Assembly: GCA_036149055.1 (NCBI GenBank)
Contig: JAYZQJ010000033.1
Coordinates: forward strand, 120,794-184,793
Reading direction: 5' to 3'
DNA: 64,000 bases
From: Myxococcota bacterium
Lineage (GTDB): Bacteria > Myxococcota_A > Polyangia > Polyangiales > Sandaracinaceae
Part shown: piece after piece, positions 62,881 through 64,000 of the stretch
How the letters are laid out: every line of letters starts with the position of its first letter
Numbering within the stretch: the first letter of the stretch is position 1
The notes under the pieces: generated by a model
What the model was told of the DNA's origin: nothing
What the model saw: the letters and a program-made list of their open reading frames with translations, nothing else
The model's database searches: none
Program-made: the position numbers and the translations under genes

Positions 62881-63837
62881 ATGAGAAGTCTGACGCTGTT
62901 CGTCGCCTTGAGCCTCATCGCCTGTGAAGAACCTCCCGACGTCGAGGACGACGCCGGGTCCCACGCCGAGCTGGACGCCGGCCGGATCGAGGACGCCGGC
63001 CGCCTCCAGGACGCCAGCGGCGAGGTCGACGCCGCGCTCGACGACGCCGGATCCGTCACCGACGCCGGCCTGCCGGACGCGGGGCCGCCCGACGCCGGCG
63101 TGCGCTACGGCGCCGGCGCGTGGATCCGCATGCACCTCGCCGACGCGCGGGCCTACACCGGCGCCTACGAGCGCCGCACCCGCGTCGAGACCCCGGCGCT
63201 CGTGCACGACGCCACCGGCTGCTGCGCGAAGTACGCCTTCGACGTGCGCGAGACCGAGGCGCCCGACCGCCGCGAGGTCGGCTTCGTCGATGTCTCCGTC
63301 CGCGACCTCGTGAGCGGCGACGCGTGGGGCGGCGCCATCCAGTCGAGCGGCGCGAGCGGCCTGACCCTCTACCTCGCCAACGTGGTGATCGACCCGGGAT
63401 GGCCCACCTGGCGCAGCTACTCCGAGACGAACTACGACGGCATCGTGCTCGACGGCGCCGCCGCCATCTACGCCGAGGATCTCACGATCCGCAACTGGAA
63501 CGCCGACGGCGCCATCGACGACAAGGCGCCGGTCTCGCAGTTCGTGCGGCTGACCCTCGAGGGCAGCGGCCACCGCGGCCTGCGTCTGTGGCGCCCGGGC
63601 CCGCACTACATCGTCGAGTCGAGCCTCGAGAACGACGGCATGCACGGCGAGGGCAGCCTGCTCTGGTTCCGCAACTGCGACGGCGCCGAGGTGCGCGTCT
63701 ACGACACGACCTTCAACGGCGAGGCGACGATCGCGCCGAGCCTCATCTCCTGCGACGAAGGCCGCGACCCCAACATCGTCTACCTCGAGTCCGACCCGCG
63801 CGAGACCGGCGAGATGCACGAGATGTTCTCGTATTGA
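62881..63837 (+). CDS. Lipoprotein with DAG-repeat linker and probable right-handed beta-helix
   Basis: LIAC lipobox; about 8 DAG-like repeats; NYDGI, NADGAIDDK repeats. Confidence 0.72.
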   Translation: MRSLTLFVALSLIACEEPPDVEDDAGSHAELDAGRIEDAGRLQDASGEVDAALDDAGSVTDAGLPDAGPPDAGVRYGAGAWIRMHLADARAYTGAYERRTRVETPALVHDATGCCAKYAFDVRETEAPDRREVGFVDVSVRDLVSGDAWGGAIQSSGASGLTLYLANVVIDPGWPTWRSYSETNYDGIVLDGAAAIYAEDLTIRNWNADGAIDDKAPVSQFVRLTLEGSGHRGLRLWRPGPHYIVESSLENDGMHGEGSLLWFRNCDGAEVRVYDTTFNGEATIAPSLISCDEGRDPNIVYLESDPRETGEMHEMFSY

Positions 63838-63844
63838 GCTTGCT

Positions 63845-63983
63845 GGGAGGGGCTTTTCAAGCCCCTCCCCCCCGCTGCGCCGTCAGACCTGTCTCTGCTC
63901 CGGGTGCTGCCGCACCCTCCGCAGAGACAGCTCAGCCGGCTCCGCGGGGCCCCCCCACCCAAGTCGCGCGCCTTCGGCGCGCG
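63845..63983. repeat. Multi-hairpin palindromic element (REP/MITE-like or structured RNA)
   Basis: Three inverted repeats: 63845-63869, 63889-63930, 63965-63983. Confidence 0.55.
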
Positions 63984-64000
63984 TGTCCCGCGCTCCGCGC

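Overview
Very GC-rich (roughly 75% by eye), gene-dense bacterial DNA with typical Myxococcota (Polyangiales/Sandaracinaceae-like) content: eukaryote-type Ser/Thr kinases, PEGA/TPR proteins, Cys-rich 'DAG'-linker lipoproteins, a DUF1501 cluster and an FG-GAP protein. I support about 46 real CDSs. Most long ORFs in the track are antisense or off-frame shadows. Housekeeping genes include addA (partial, missing from the track) and addB, groES-groEL, trpF, xth, a TrmH-family methyltransferase, an RluD-like synthase, hutF and three tRNAs (His-GTG, Arg-TCG, Lys-CTT). Most interesting: (1) 47938-58349, a translationally coupled operon of a membrane Ser/Thr kinase-PEGA, a TPR-PEGA protein and four tandem paralogous Cys-rich, lectin-like, five-bladed-propeller lipoproteins, which is a candidate trans-envelope glycan-sensing system; (2) 59340-61609, a vitamin-K-dependent-carboxylase-like (HTTM) enzyme split into two genes in permuted order; (3) an Rpn-family nuclease next to the tRNAs with a perfect internal Shine-Dalgarno and in-frame ATG, predicting an intragenic antitoxin; (4) a lipidated PER/VEB-type class A beta-lactamase; (5) apparently pervasive leaderless transcription. 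Domain calls come from motif recognition only; no database searches were run.
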